Positions 1 through 9,677 of a stretch of 64,000 bases of DNA are shown piece after piece (within the stretch, counting starts at the first letter, position 1; each line of letters opens with the position of its first letter). This DNA is from a virus (taxonomy: Duplodnaviria > Heunggongvirae > Uroviricota > Caudoviricetes): the IMG/VR virus record IMGVR_UViG_3300022699_000502, positions 1-64,000 of that record; one strand, given 5' to 3'. The notes beneath the pieces are model-generated. The model made no database searches, was not told the DNA's origin, and saw only the letters and a program-made list of their open reading frames with translations. A program made the position numbers and the translations under genes.

Positions 1-1101
1 TTATCTTCCATCATTCAATAAATATTTCCTATATTTTTTCGCTATTTCATTCCAGATACCTAATTTTCTGATCTTCTTTGCAAAATCATCCGTTCTTTGT
101 TTTATCATTCTAAGTAACAATGTTCCGAATTCTGGCTGCATTCTGTTTGCTACTGTTGCTGCTACCTTCAACGATTGCTGTGTGTCTTTACCCAAATGGT
201 ATTCTGATATACCAGATGATACTGCATAACACAAGTCTGCTCTTGTCGGTAATTCTGCATCTTCTGGATTCTTTATTATGTTGTCTAAGTCTACTTGTTC
301 TTGTAGTTTTAAGAATGATACGAATTCTGATGCCCATCCACTTCCACAAGATGATGCTGCTAACTTCTTTATAAGTCGACTGTTTTCTGTGTCAATACCC
401 TTTATGTCCTGTGATACCATTGCTACCGATCTTGGTGTTGGAAATGCCTTCGTTTTATCATCTGGATTAAATTTGAACAACATTTCCTTCCTGTCATTTA
501 TGAAGGTTACTACTCTTGTATCGATGTCATGATTTACTGCCCAATTTGTCCATTTTTGTACTGACGGTGGATTTAGTTTCATATGTGAAAATCTGTTAAG
601 AAGTGGCTGTGGCATCTCAAACGTATTTGCTCTATCTTCGGCTCTGTTTCCTGCTGCTACCACACTGAATCCTTCAGGAAGCCTGTATTGTCCTAACCTT
701 CTATCCAATATAACTTGGTACGCTGCTGCCTGAACAACCGGTGGTGCTAAATTAAGTTCATCGAAAAAGATGACTCCTGATCCTTCAGTTGGAAACCAAT
801 CCGGCTTCGACCAATTTGTGCTTTCACCTTCCATCCTTGGTATACCTTTTATGTCAGCAGGATCCATCTGTGCTAATCTCTGGTCTATCACCCTGAACTT
901 ATCTTTGTCCTCAAACCTTTCAGATACTTCCATGCCCTTATTCTTCGCTATTTCATCAGAAGCTTGCCTTACAGCGTCACTTTTACCAATACCAGGTGCT
1001 CCCCATACAAACATAGGGACACCGGTTTCGTACTTTCGTATCACCATTTGCTTCATTTCGTCGTGGTCTACTTCGACCATTTTTCCTATTTTTTCATCCA
1101 T
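1..1101 (-). CDS. MoxR-like AAA+ ATPase
   Basis: 366 aa; Walker A GAPGIGKS, Walker B FFDELN, downstream AAGNRAEDRAN sensor region typical of MoxR/RavA AAA+; stop TAA at 1-3. Confidence 0.8.
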   Translation of the reverse strand: MDEKIGKMVEVDHDEMKQMVIRKYETGVPMFVWGAPGIGKSDAVRQASDEIAKNKGMEVSERFEDKDKFRVIDQRLAQMDPADIKGIPRMEGESTNWSKPDWFPTEGSGVIFFDELNLAPPVVQAAAYQVILDRRLGQYRLPEGFSVVAAGNRAEDRANTFEMPQPLLNRFSHMKLNPPSVQKWTNWAVNHDIDTRVVTFINDRKEMLFKFNPDDKTKAFPTPRSVAMVSQDIKGIDTENSRLIKKLAASSCGSGWASEFVSFLKLQEQVDLDNIIKNPEDAELPTRADLCYAVSSGISEYHLGKDTQQSLKVAATVANRMQPEFGTLLLRMIKQRTDDFAKKIRKLGIWNEIAKKYRKYLLNDGR

Positions 1102-1110
1102 TTTTTACAC

Positions 1111-1707
1111 CTACAAAACTCTAGCTACTATTTCATTCTCCCATTCTGGGGGAGTTAAACTTAAACTAACTTGTTCACCTATTTTATTTTTATCTAACGT
1201 AAATATAATATTATGATATGCATCCCAATAAACTTTTTTATTCCATCTTAAATCAATATCTTCAGTCACCTTAAATAATCTAGGTTCATTCTTCTTATTA
1301 TAATTATCATCCCAATAATAGATTTGTATTGCAACATATTGATCGTTCTTTTTAATTATCGGACATTTTCTATCTGTTCTTCTATGGTAACCACCATCAT
1401 CATCATAGAATTGTGTTGTGAATTTTTGTTGTTTTGCTTCGTTCACTATATCTTTTTTTGCCCACCACATAACGACTGCATTACTACCATCACTATTTTC
1501 ATGCACTTTATATGGTGCCATAAATGGTTTCCCGCCTAACTCTTGTACCTTCTCATAAAATGTCGATGAAAAAGGTTCATATCCCTTATTCTTTAATTCC
1601 TCTCTTTTCTTCCTTATTTCACACCTTATGCTGTTCTTATGTCTAGGATAACCATTCTTATGTATTATCCTACCACAATTAGGGCATTTAATATGGTTCC
1701 CTTTCAT
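1111..1707 (-). CDS. C2H2-like zinc-finger protein, paralog family member 1 of 3
   Basis: N-term KCPNCGRIIHKNGYPRHKNSIRC (CxxC-x9-HxH-x5-C); paralogous to 17421..18017 and 18090..18653; AAGAGG ribosome-binding site 8-13 nt upstream. Confidence 0.6.
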   Translation of the reverse strand: MKGNHIKCPNCGRIIHKNGYPRHKNSIRCEIRKKREELKNKGYEPFSSTFYEKVQELGGKPFMAPYKVHENSDGSNAVVMWWAKKDIVNEAKQQKFTTQFYDDDGGYHRRTDRKCPIIKKNDQYVAIQIYYWDDNYNKKNEPRLFKVTEDIDLRWNKKVYWDAYHNIIFTLDKNKIGEQVSLSLTPPEWENEIVARVL

Positions 1708-1732
1708 AATTTTACCTCTTATATATTATAAA

Positions 1733-1779
1733 CTTGTTCATCCTATATAAATATTATGGGAATGGATATGTATGGTTAG
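1733..1779 (-). promoter_or_regulatory. conserved viral promoter element copy 1 (TATA box plus CCATTCCCA upstream element)
   Basis: plus-strand cttgttcatcctatataaatattatgggaatggatatgtatgg; on the minus strand CCATTCCCATAATATTTATATAGG lies ~40 nt upstream of the ATG at 1707. Confidence 0.6.
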
Positions 1780-2523
1780 TTAATATTAGTTGATTCGTTT
1801 CTTGATGCTGTTTCATCCTCGATTATTACAATCCTACATACCTTATAAAAGTTCTATCACAAGTCCTTCCACCACCACTCACCATCCACAGGCTTAACTC
1901 TGTATGTTTTACATATTTCACCATCTTTGATAATTAACATACGAAATTCATCATTCCATGATACGATCATATGATGCACCATCTACCAAGTACCATTTTT
2001 TGGTTATCCACATAATCACATAGCATATCCTTACCTACTGCGGGTACAACATATACATTATCATGTTCCCTAATAATATTTAATGTTATATTTATATGGT
2101 GGGGTTCAAACTTCATCAAATCTCACTCCAAAATGCGTACCATATTGCATGTTGATATATGATATTGTGAAAACATATCCATATATAATCCTGATGGATT
2201 TTTCATCTACTACTATGTATGCTCTTTCATCCATCAATACATATTCAATTTTTACAGTATACATGTCAAATCGTTAAATGCCAATAACATTGTCCGTTTT
2301 TAAACCTTTGTATTTCATCATAGCTTATAATTTCTAATTCACCATCAATTATTGCGATTGTCTTACTAATATTCAATATTTTCCAACTTCTAATTATTAT
2401 CATAATGATATACCACAATTTTCATCATCAGATAATTCATTTCGGACGAATTGGTGTGCATAACTTATACCAAATATAACCTTTAATCCATATTCACAAT
2501 ACACTACACAAAATAAAAATGGC

Positions 2524-2715
2524 CTATCTCTTCTGAATGTACGCATCATAATCCTCCATTTCATTCATCAATAAATTGTCCCAACACACATCATCATAAA
2601 AAGTATTTTTAACGTAGTTAGATATACCACCTGGTAATTGATAAATCTTATTGCCTGTTATTACTATAGCATAATCTATTTCAAACATACGTGTAAAATT
2701 ATATATTACTTTCAT
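2524..2715 (-). CDS. hypothetical protein (63 aa)
   Basis: ORF on coding (minus) strand of polycistronic block; no motif recognised. Confidence 0.3.
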   Translation of the reverse strand: MKVIYNFTRMFEIDYAIVITGNKIYQLPGGISNYVKNTFYDDVCWDNLLMNEMEDYDAYIQKR

Positions 2716-2735
2716 AAATAAATAAAGGAAAGGGT

Positions 2736-3125
2736 TTATGGGGTTTCGTCTGTTGTTTCAACGATCCAGATGTCGTAAGTTTCATCATGTTCTAACTTAC
2801 ATTTACTATCCTCTTCACCTAACAAATCCCGGACTCTTGTAACACTTACAGTTTTGCTTTCAGTAAATTTTATTCCTGATTCATCAATTTTAAGTGCTAC
2901 CATATCTTGATCGTCGTTCCTTAATATTTTGACATGGTCCTCGCCTGGTTCTAATCCCATCCAAGCTTGAGCTCTTTGTGGAATATATAACGTACAACTG
3001 TCTTCACCAACCCTATATGCCACTTCATTCTTCTTATAGGATTGATATCCTCTTCCACCTCTGCTCGTTATCAACCATCCATCTTCAGCCATCTGTCGCT
3101 TCTTCTCTTTCTTCATGTTATCCAC
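2736..3125 (-). CDS. hypothetical protein (129 aa)
   Basis: coding-strand ORF; basic N-term, acidic C-term; no motif recognised. Confidence 0.45.
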   Translation of the reverse strand: MDNMKKEKKRQMAEDGWLITSRGGRGYQSYKKNEVAYRVGEDSCTLYIPQRAQAWMGLEPGEDHVKILRNDDQDMVALKIDESGIKFTESKTVSVTRVRDLLGEEDSKCKLEHDETYDIWIVETTDETP

Positions 3126-3313
3126 CTATTATATATAAGACCTTCATATCTTTGCCTTTGAACTTTATTTTGTTCGACTAAATCCAATACAATACTATGT
3201 ACTGTCGTCTTGTTTTCGTCTATTGCTTCAGCGATCTCAGATGCTGTCCATCCATTATCATCGTTCTCTTTCAAAAACGTCTTTACTTTGTCTTTTACAC
3301 TCATCATTTCCAC
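3113..3313 (-). CDS. small winged-helix DNA-binding protein
   Basis: 66 aa; TASEIAEAIDENKTTVHSIVLDLVEQNKV resembles MarR-like HTH plus wing. Confidence 0.45.
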   Translation of the reverse strand: MEMMSVKDKVKTFLKENDDNGWTASEIAEAIDENKTTVHSIVLDLVEQNKVQRQRYEGLIYNRWIT

Positions 3314-3558
3314 CTAATATAATTCATGTTATAATCTCCTTCTTGTTTTTGGTCAACTTCGTTTTTATCAACCAATGACCTAATTGCTTGATTTATTGAT
3401 TGTCTGCGAAATCCAGTTACTTCTTCTATTTGCTTCGATGATATCCAATCACCATCGTTAAGTTTGACTATTTCCAATATTTTACCCTGTACGTCCCTTG
3501 ATTTCACACTCTCACCTTCTCTTTCCATTTTCTCAATCGATACTGGCATATAAATCAC
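3304..3558 (-). CDS. winged-helix DNA-binding protein
   Basis: 84 aa; N-term MPVSIEKMEREGE is shared with 33493..33864 (MSPVSIEKMEEEGT); the central helices look wHTH-like. Confidence 0.5.
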   Translation of the reverse strand: MIYMPVSIEKMEREGESVKSRDVQGKILEIVKLNDGDWISSKQIEEVTGFRRQSINQAIRSLVDKNEVDQKQEGDYNMNYIRWK

Positions 3559-3823
3559 CTAACGTATTTGATTCTTTCGTAATTAGAGCCTTCAATACAT
3601 GCTCACTTTTTATAGTTTTCTTATTTTCAATGTCTGTATATGTTGCAGCAGTCTGCATAAGGTCCTTAACATATATGTCTGCGATTTGTCTAATCGTGTT
3701 CACCGCCGTATCACTTATCCACGGCTCTCTATTGATCGCCGCTTTCGCTTCCAGTTTGAAAATATCCTTTGTCGTTTGGTACCTTAATAGTTCTTTCTTT
3801 TCTATATTCACACACATCACCAC
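3533..3823 (-). CDS. histone-fold protein
   Basis: 96 aa; IRQIADIYVKDLMQTAATYTDIENKKTIKSEHVLKAL matches the archaeal histone L2/alpha3 signature (compare HMf AGRKTIKAEDIELA). Confidence 0.5.
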   Translation of the reverse strand: MVMCVNIEKKELLRYQTTKDIFKLEAKAAINREPWISDTAVNTIRQIADIYVKDLMQTAATYTDIENKKTIKSEHVLKALITKESNTLGDLYASID

Positions 3824-3995
3824 ATTGTATTATTCCTGCTAAATCTTCACACGTACACTTACATGTTGCATCCATGTCTTCTGCATTCTCCTTTATCTCA
3901 TGGAACACGCAACCGTCATCACAGTTGATGTGTCCATGTGGACCATACGGACATGCGTCCTTTCTTTTCATATACTCCTTTTTGTTGATCACCAT
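3729..3995 (-). CDS. Cys-rich small protein (88 aa)
   Basis: 11 Cys in CPYGPHGHINCDDGC...CKCTCEDLAGIIQCGDVC; overlaps the next ORF by 95 nt, so uncertain. Confidence 0.3.
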   Translation of the reverse strand: MVINKKEYMKRKDACPYGPHGHINCDDGCVFHEIKENAEDMDATCKCTCEDLAGIIQCGDVCEYRKERTIKVPNDKGYFQTGSESGDQ

Positions 3996-4249
3996 TTCAC
4001 CTCGAACACTTCACTGTATGGAATGTTTATTTTGCCACATACATTCTGAATTTTCTTTTTGACAATTCTGGATTGATCCCATTCTTCAAGTCTTTCCGGT
4101 AAATCCAGTTCGACTTTAATACCCCTCATATTTTTGGTATGGGCTACAAACGGTATCTCTAATTTCCTTGCTCTCAACTTAATATGCCCCTCTATTTCAT
4201 TTTTTGTTGCTTTTGTAACAACCACGTCTGCTTTTTCCTTTCTTACCAT
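3989..4249 (-). CDS. hypothetical protein (86 aa)
   Basis: coding-strand ORF; start overlaps the neighbouring stop. Confidence 0.4.
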   Translation of the reverse strand: MVRKEKADVVVTKATKNEIEGHIKLRARKLEIPFVAHTKNMRGIKVELDLPERLEEWDQSRIVKKKIQNVCGKINIPYSEVFEVKW

Positions 4250-4537
4250 TTAATCACCTGCTGGAAAACAATACTTTGGTTCCTCTTCAGTTACTAATAT
4301 CACATTCTGATTAATTAATGCATTTATCATATTTAATGCCGTGTTTCGTTCTATACCAAACTCATCCATAAGCCACTCTATTAGACACTCCTTCTTGACA
4401 CCATGATTTTTTCGTAAGTAGTTGAATATTTTCATCTTCTTACTCATGTCCAATTTATCACGATTTGTCCATGCTTCCCAGAAACTTGCCGTCGCTTCTT
4501 CTAATGATTTTGACCTTGTAAGATTCTCCTTCATCAA
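4250..4537 (-). CDS. hypothetical protein (95 aa)
   Basis: coding-strand ORF. Confidence 0.45.
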   Translation of the reverse strand: MMKENLTRSKSLEEATASFWEAWTNRDKLDMSKKMKIFNYLRKNHGVKKECLIEWLMDEFGIERNTALNMINALINQNVILVTEEEPKYCFPAGD

Positions 4538-4652
4538 ATATCACAACCAGTTCTCCATCAACGTCATACACATGTTTATGTTTGACATTTCCTAGTTTCT
4601 CTATGTTTGTTGTATCGAATAAAAATTGGAGTGACCTAATATGTTTTTCCAT
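4458..4652 (-). CDS. hypothetical protein (64 aa)
   Basis: ORF overlapping 4250..4537 by 80 nt in another frame; weak. Confidence 0.25.
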   Translation of the reverse strand: MEKHIRSLQFLFDTTNIEKLGNVKHKHVYDVDGELVVIFDEGESYKVKIIRRSDGKFLGSMDKS

Positions 4653-4690
4653 GATAACGAATCCACCGCAAACTATTTAAATATTGTGGA

Positions 4691-4996
4691 CTATCCGTAC
4701 AACATGTCCGGTTCGTCCTGTTTTACCTCTTTAGCTCTTTCTTCCATTTGTTCTGCCATCTGTAATAATTTCTGGGTTTGCGCCGTCATCCTAGATAATT
4801 CATAGCAAACACCTATTATTGTGTTCACACTATTTGCTTTCTCAATAGCATATTCAACTGTTTCCGATATCCTACCTTCACTCCTGGCTATTTTACCTAT
4901 ACATTCATTCACCAGTCTTTTATTTGCACCAATAGCATCCAATATATCTTCCTCGTTATGGTTAAATTCATTCACCTCTACTTCTTTTTCCATCAT
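4691..4996 (-). CDS. hypothetical protein (101 aa)
   Basis: coding-strand ORF; predicted helical and acidic. Confidence 0.45.
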   Translation of the reverse strand: MMEKEVEVNEFNHNEEDILDAIGANKRLVNECIGKIARSEGRISETVEYAIEKANSVNTIIGVCYELSRMTAQTQKLLQMAEQMEERAKEVKQDEPDMLYG

Positions 4997-5247
4997 TCTT
5001 CACCTACCGTACTAGCTAACAAACATTTTTGTTGGATTGGTATATCCATTTCTGTTATTTTTTGCAATACTTCACTTTTTTTCACATTCTTCGATGTCAT
5101 TTCGGCTATTTCTTGATTTAGTTCCTCGAATTCATCTTCGTCACTTATGTTGAAAACTTCCAACATATCTTCTTCCCCATGCTTAAATTCCCATTCAATC
5201 TTCTGCTTCATATTTTCTAACCTCGTATTTTGGTTCTCCTTTAACAT
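4993..5247 (-). CDS. hypothetical acidic protein (84 aa)
   Basis: ATGA-type overlap with the upstream gene's stop. Confidence 0.4.
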   Translation of the reverse strand: MLKENQNTRLENMKQKIEWEFKHGEEDMLEVFNISDEDEFEELNQEIAEMTSKNVKKSEVLQKITEMDIPIQQKCLLASTVGEE

Positions 5248-5575
5248 AATTATAATATCCGATGGCCTTTATGATAGGTACATACACCATAAACATAAAT
5301 ACTGGAACTATTAGTAACACTGGACAAAAGGCCGGTAATAGAAGCGACGTGTATGCCACTTCTATTTTTTTGTCTACCCAATAATCAATTCCTTCCTTAG
5401 GTAAATTATCTAGATTATCAGAATCAATAACAGATTTCGGATCTACTATATCACCTGTTTCCCTGATTGCCCAATACTCCATATCCGGTGCTTCTGGTAC
5501 ACCTTCAATGCCTTGATGCATATACATATCGTTTAGGGCATCAATGCCCGTCATATTGTCCGACCACGGACACAT
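5195..5575 (-). CDS. membrane protein (126 aa)
   Basis: hydrophobic segment LLLPAFCPVLLIVPVFMFMVYVPII. Confidence 0.45.
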   Translation of the reverse strand: MCPWSDNMTGIDALNDMYMHQGIEGVPEAPDMEYWAIRETGDIVDPKSVIDSDNLDNLPKEGIDYWVDKKIEVAYTSLLLPAFCPVLLIVPVFMFMVYVPIIKAIGYYNYVKGEPKYEVRKYEAED

Positions 5576-5845
5576 CTATAGGACCTCTGCGGTCAACCTC
5601 GCCAATATCGCTTCTGAAATTCTATCATTACCTTCTTCCAGTTCCTCGAACGTATAGTCTGGCTCGTCGTCTTCACACATCAATATTTGTCTTTGTTCAT
5701 TATTCCTTTTTGTTGCATATACTTCATTGTCGCTTGGTATCAATATTGCATACCAAATCTCCGATTCACCGTTTTCGTCCTCTATCTCCATCTCGTCTAA
5801 TACATAGACCAAATCTTCATCTAAATCTATTGCCATTTTTTTCAC
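5576..5845 (-). CDS. hypothetical acidic protein (89 aa)
   Basis: first gene downstream of promoter copy 2. Confidence 0.45.
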   Translation of the reverse strand: MKKMAIDLDEDLVYVLDEMEIEDENGESEIWYAILIPSDNEVYATKRNNEQRQILMCEDDEPDYTFEELEEGNDRISEAILARLTAEVL

Positions 5846-5860
5846 CTTATATTTTATATA

Positions 5861-5904
5861 TATTGTTCATACTATTTAAATATATTGGGAATGGATATGT
5901 ATGG
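5861..5904 (-). promoter_or_regulatory. conserved viral promoter element copy 2
   Basis: tattgttcatactatttaaatatattgggaatggatatgtatgg; 40 nt upstream of the ATG at 5845. Confidence 0.6.
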
Positions 5905-5908
5905 TGTA

Positions 5909-6205
5909 TCACATTGCTAATATTGACTCACACACATATACCGTATTCCCAATGTTTACGGGGATAGCACCTACTATCTCCCTCAACATATCATAATCGC
6001 ATTTCCTAACATCAACAATCTTATTTTCGTAAGTATTATCGATGTCTCGTTCAATAACTGCGCTGGGAATGCGATCATTAAATGTCATAATAGAGAATAT
6101 ATATTCTCTAATTCTCATCAAATACCGTCCCGACCCAATTTTCCTATATTTTCTCATTAATATACCACAGGTCTTGTATTTATAATGTCGGATGGTTCCA
6201 ACCAA
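5909..6205 (-). CDS. hypothetical protein (98 aa)
   Basis: coding-strand ORF. Confidence 0.4.
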   Translation of the reverse strand: MVGTIRHYKYKTCGILMRKYRKIGSGRYLMRIREYIFSIMTFNDRIPSAVIERDIDNTYENKIVDVRKCDYDMLREIVGAIPVNIGNTVYVCESILAM

Positions 6206-7821
6206 CCTCTTCTAGCTATACCTACTCCAAATCTTCTAACAAAATCCATCATAGTTGTTCCGTGTGCATCGCTCCCGATCTCATACATAACATCGGTATC
6301 CATTATCATCTCATCGTTCAAGTCTAAGCGTTGAGGTAAACTATTTATTTCAAATATAATTCCATAATCTTCATGGAATGTATTTATATGTTTTGGTTGT
6401 AATACCTCATTTCCTTCTCTTTCACCTATAACTCTACCAGTTGGATGAGCCAACACATCTATAGAGTTTGTGCTGAAAGCATTATGTAACCTCTCAACTA
6501 TATTTTCATCTGTTATGCTTTGATGGACTGCGCCTATAACATAATCATAGTAGTCCAACCAATCCTCTTTATATATGTCACCGTCTTTCATTATATCAAC
6601 TTCAACACCCTTCAATATCTTTATGTCATGTTTATCGTTCAAATCATCTATGAGCATATTCCTATTTATTATGTCGTTCTCGTCCATATCTCCTAACGGT
6701 CTTTGATGGTCTGCTATACCAACATATTCATAATCTAACTCTATTGCTTTACTCACAATCCCTGGTATATCTACGTTTCCATCTGAATAATCGCTATGTA
6801 TATGAATATCACCCATTATATCTGATTCTTTAACCAAATCTGGTAAGTTATTGTTGAGTGCTGCTTCATGTTCACCTCTATCATCGCGTAATTCAGGTGG
6901 TATATATTCGAATCCCAATTTTTCGTATATTTCCCGTTCCTTTTCACCTGCAATCTTTTCATCGGTTTCCATGTCTGCCATCCTATATTCGTTCAGTGTC
7001 CAACCATACTGTTGTGCTCTCTTCCTCACCTTTATGTTGTGTTCTTTGCTTCCTGTAAAATATTGGATTGCTGCACCCCAACACTCAGGCTCTATGACCC
7101 TCACATCTATTTGTAGACCGTTATCCAACATAACGGAAGTTTTGGTGTCACCGCTTACCAATACCTTCATGACATCCTCGTAATTTTTAGTGGCTTCCAT
7201 AATCGTATCGCTATCGCCTGTTGTCAATATATCTATGTCACCGACTGTTTCCTTGCGCCTTCGTAGACTGCCCACAATTTCCAATTTATTCGTCTTTTCA
7301 GATAAAAATGAGGCCAATGAATGTGCATTATTCCACGCATCATCTAACCTATATCTGTCTGAAAATTTACGTAAATATTCAATTCCTTCTAATATATTCT
7401 GTTCAGTCTTTTTACCAAACCCGCTTAAATTCCTGATTGTACCTGATTGTGCGACTTCTTCTAAATCATCTAACGACTCAACACCTAACTCGTCATATAA
7501 TTTTTTGACGGCTTTTTTACCAATACCTTGTACCTTCTTCACTTCTTTAAGCCCATCCGGTATCTCTTCCTTCAAATTTTCTAAATATTCGCAAGTACCG
7601 CTTTCAATTATTTGTTCTATTTTTGAAGCAGTACTATCACCAACACCTGGGATCTCTTTCAAATTACCTTTCTCATACAGTTCCCTTATGTCCCAATCAG
7701 TGCTACTTATATTCCTAGCTGCATTTCTATACGCCCTTATCTTATATTGGTTTTTATCCAATATCTCCATCAATTCAACTATCTCATAAAATTTATCCGC
7801 TATTTCTTTCTTATTCATCAT
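6157..7821 (-). CDS. family X DNA polymerase (Pol beta-like core with C-terminal PHP domain)
   Basis: 554 aa; helix-hairpin-helix motifs IPGVGDSTASKI and GIGKKAVKKL; nucleotidyltransferase GSLRRRKETVGDIDIL; PHP motifs HIHSDYSDG, ADHQ, LAHP, GSDAHG. Confidence 0.85.
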   Translation of the reverse strand: MMNKKEIADKFYEIVELMEILDKNQYKIRAYRNAARNISSTDWDIRELYEKGNLKEIPGVGDSTASKIEQIIESGTCEYLENLKEEIPDGLKEVKKVQGIGKKAVKKLYDELGVESLDDLEEVAQSGTIRNLSGFGKKTEQNILEGIEYLRKFSDRYRLDDAWNNAHSLASFLSEKTNKLEIVGSLRRRKETVGDIDILTTGDSDTIMEATKNYEDVMKVLVSGDTKTSVMLDNGLQIDVRVIEPECWGAAIQYFTGSKEHNIKVRKRAQQYGWTLNEYRMADMETDEKIAGEKEREIYEKLGFEYIPPELRDDRGEHEAALNNNLPDLVKESDIMGDIHIHSDYSDGNVDIPGIVSKAIELDYEYVGIADHQRPLGDMDENDIINRNMLIDDLNDKHDIKILKGVEVDIMKDGDIYKEDWLDYYDYVIGAVHQSITDENIVERLHNAFSTNSIDVLAHPTGRVIGEREGNEVLQPKHINTFHEDYGIIFEINSLPQRLDLNDEMIMDTDVMYEIGSDAHGTTMMDFVRRFGVGIARRGWLEPSDIINTRPVVY

Positions 7822-7827
7822 ATCACC

Positions 7828-8079
7828 TTATGCATAATATATTTTTAGCTCTCCATCAATTATTGACCAATTGCATATTTTTTTATTCTTCGTAACGTTT
7901 ATTGCTTCACGTCCCATCTCTCCTTGCATCATCGGATGTACAAAGATCGCAATTATATCTGTTCCATCAACACATATATGTATGGGGTCCTCATACAACG
8001 GATTACCCATAATTAGATGGTATCGTGGTTTAATCGTCATCATAATATCACGGATCCACAAATTCTTCTTTGTGTACAC
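7828..8079 (-). CDS. hypothetical protein (83 aa)
   Basis: coding-strand ORF. Confidence 0.4.
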   Translation of the reverse strand: MYTKKNLWIRDIMMTIKPRYHLIMGNPLYEDPIHICVDGTDIIAIFVHPMMQGEMGREAINVTKNKKICNWSIIDGELKIYYA

Positions 8080-8195
8080 CTTCTCGGTATGTCAGTTCGC
8101 TAGGGAACATCGAACATATTTTATCTCCGTCTATGATGATTTTTACCGGAACCTTCTCAATACTTTCATCTATCGTCGAATATCTTGCATAAACA

Positions 8196-8453
8196 CTAAT
8201 CATTAATTATCGTCTCCGCACTTATACTAATTTTAATTTTGAATCCTGGTAAGTTGTTACCTATATGTTCCCATTCACACAACGAGCGCCCTTCCCAAAA
8301 ATACTGAACGTCTTCCGCCATATTCAAATTGTATGCACACGTATATATGTCACCTTCTTCGAATACAATTGCTGCAAACGTATATGGGTGACACATCTGC
8401 TCTATCTCATACATATTATCCCAAATCATATTTCTGTTTATCAAGATACCCAT
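8196..8453 (-). CDS. hypothetical protein (85 aa)
   Basis: coding-strand ORF. Confidence 0.4.
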   Translation of the reverse strand: MGILINRNMIWDNMYEIEQMCHPYTFAAIVFEEGDIYTCAYNLNMAEDVQYFWEGRSLCEWEHIGNNLPGFKIKISISAETIIND

Positions 8454-8551
8454 CGATTATTCTTTCTTTAGTTAACGACGGTTCAGTATAATATGTAACA
8501 CCTCTTAGTTTCGTGCTATTGACCCACAAAATCAATTCCCAGCGCCCTTTA

Positions 8552-8785
8552 TCAATAGCTATCATTAATACCACTACCTATGTCTTCGGGCGATACAAGT
8601 CTATAATGCTCCATCTCACGTTCCCACAATTTTTCAGCGTCTGGTTCAGTGATATTACCACCATATAACTCGTTATCATTTATCCATATAACTACAAAAC
8701 CGTCATGTTCGAATAACCTCTTACAACTACCGAAATCATTTTCAATACGATAAACCAATAATTTCATATTACCACTTCGAACCAC
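8552..8785 (-). CDS. hypothetical protein (77 aa)
   Basis: coding-strand ORF. Confidence 0.4.
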   Translation of the reverse strand: MVRSGNMKLLVYRIENDFGSCKRLFEHDGFVVIWINDNELYGGNITEPDAEKLWEREMEHYRLVSPEDIGSGINDSY

Positions 8786-9008
8786 TTATAAGTTCAAATG
8801 CACTATTTTCACAAGTCCTATATAGATGTATACCGAAATCTACACCACCCCCATACAACATATCACCGTAACGCCATATCGTTACAGGCGCTTTCAGTTT
8901 TTGCCACGATCCATATTCTCCATTTCTTTTACTCACCAATAGTTTCATCCAGTTTCCTCCATTCCCCATCACAAGCAATCGTCCAAGATTTGAATGCATG
9001 AATACCAT
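8769..9008 (-). CDS. hypothetical protein (79 aa)
   Basis: coding-strand ORF. Confidence 0.35.
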   Translation of the reverse strand: MVFMHSNLGRLLVMGNGGNWMKLLVSKRNGEYGSWQKLKAPVTIWRYGDMLYGGGVDFGIHLYRTCENSAFELISGSKW

Positions 9009-9183
9009 GTAATCCGAATTCTCTCATCAATTTAGGAGGTACTCTATCATCGAAAGGAAATATTGATACTGTGTCCTCCCTCCTAAATATAAGACATTTT
9101 CCATAATAAATTGATGTTATCATATGTGTGTCCTCATATTTAAAGGTTGTGGATACTGTCCATCTTCGTCCAATTATCCTCAA
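8929..9183 (-). CDS. hypothetical protein (84 aa)
   Basis: overlaps 8769..9008 by 80 nt; one of the two may be spurious. Confidence 0.3.
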   Translation of the reverse strand: MRIIGRRWTVSTTFKYEDTHMITSIYYGKCLIFRREDTVSIFPFDDRVPPKLMREFGLHGIHAFKSWTIACDGEWRKLDETIGE

Positions 9184-9300
9184 TATTTCCTTTTTTAACT
9201 AATTGTTTTCCCGCATAAATATCATCAAACATCCAACTATGAACATCTCCATCATATACCCAAATAATCTTATTAAAATTATGAGAATTAAAATTTACTA

Positions 9301-9489
9301 TCATATCGTTATCTCACACCTTTCCATTAGGAGTTCGCTACTATCATAATTTCCTTTATATATGTTCATCTTAATATCCTCCTTTCTTTTTTTATTAACT
9401 GCTCCTCCCCAATAAAAGTAGAATAATGCTTCACCCACCCTATAAATCCAGATGGTCTTACTAAGATTTCTTTTGAATGCATAAATCAT
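9301..9489 (-). CDS. hypothetical protein (62 aa)
   Basis: coding-strand ORF. Confidence 0.3.
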   Translation of the reverse strand: MIYAFKRNLSKTIWIYRVGEALFYFYWGGAVNKKRKEDIKMNIYKGNYDSSELLMERCEITI

Positions 9490-9491
9490 AG

Positions 9492-9677
9492 TTATATGTA
9501 CTCAATATCAAGACATTGTTGTATCTGTTTGTCAAACCTATCCGTGTTTTTTATTGTACGGATCACACGCTCTGGTTTATGATATGCGGTTTTCCTAAAA
9601 TATGCACCATAAACAGCGTTGTTAGCATACCAATAAACAACATAATAGTTATCTGATGTGTGTCTTCTTCCAATCAT
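9492..9677 (-). CDS. hypothetical protein (61 aa)
   Basis: coding-strand ORF. Confidence 0.3.
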   Translation of the reverse strand: MIGRRHTSDNYYVVYWYANNAVYGAYFRKTAYHKPERVIRTIKNTDRFDKQIQQCLDIEYI

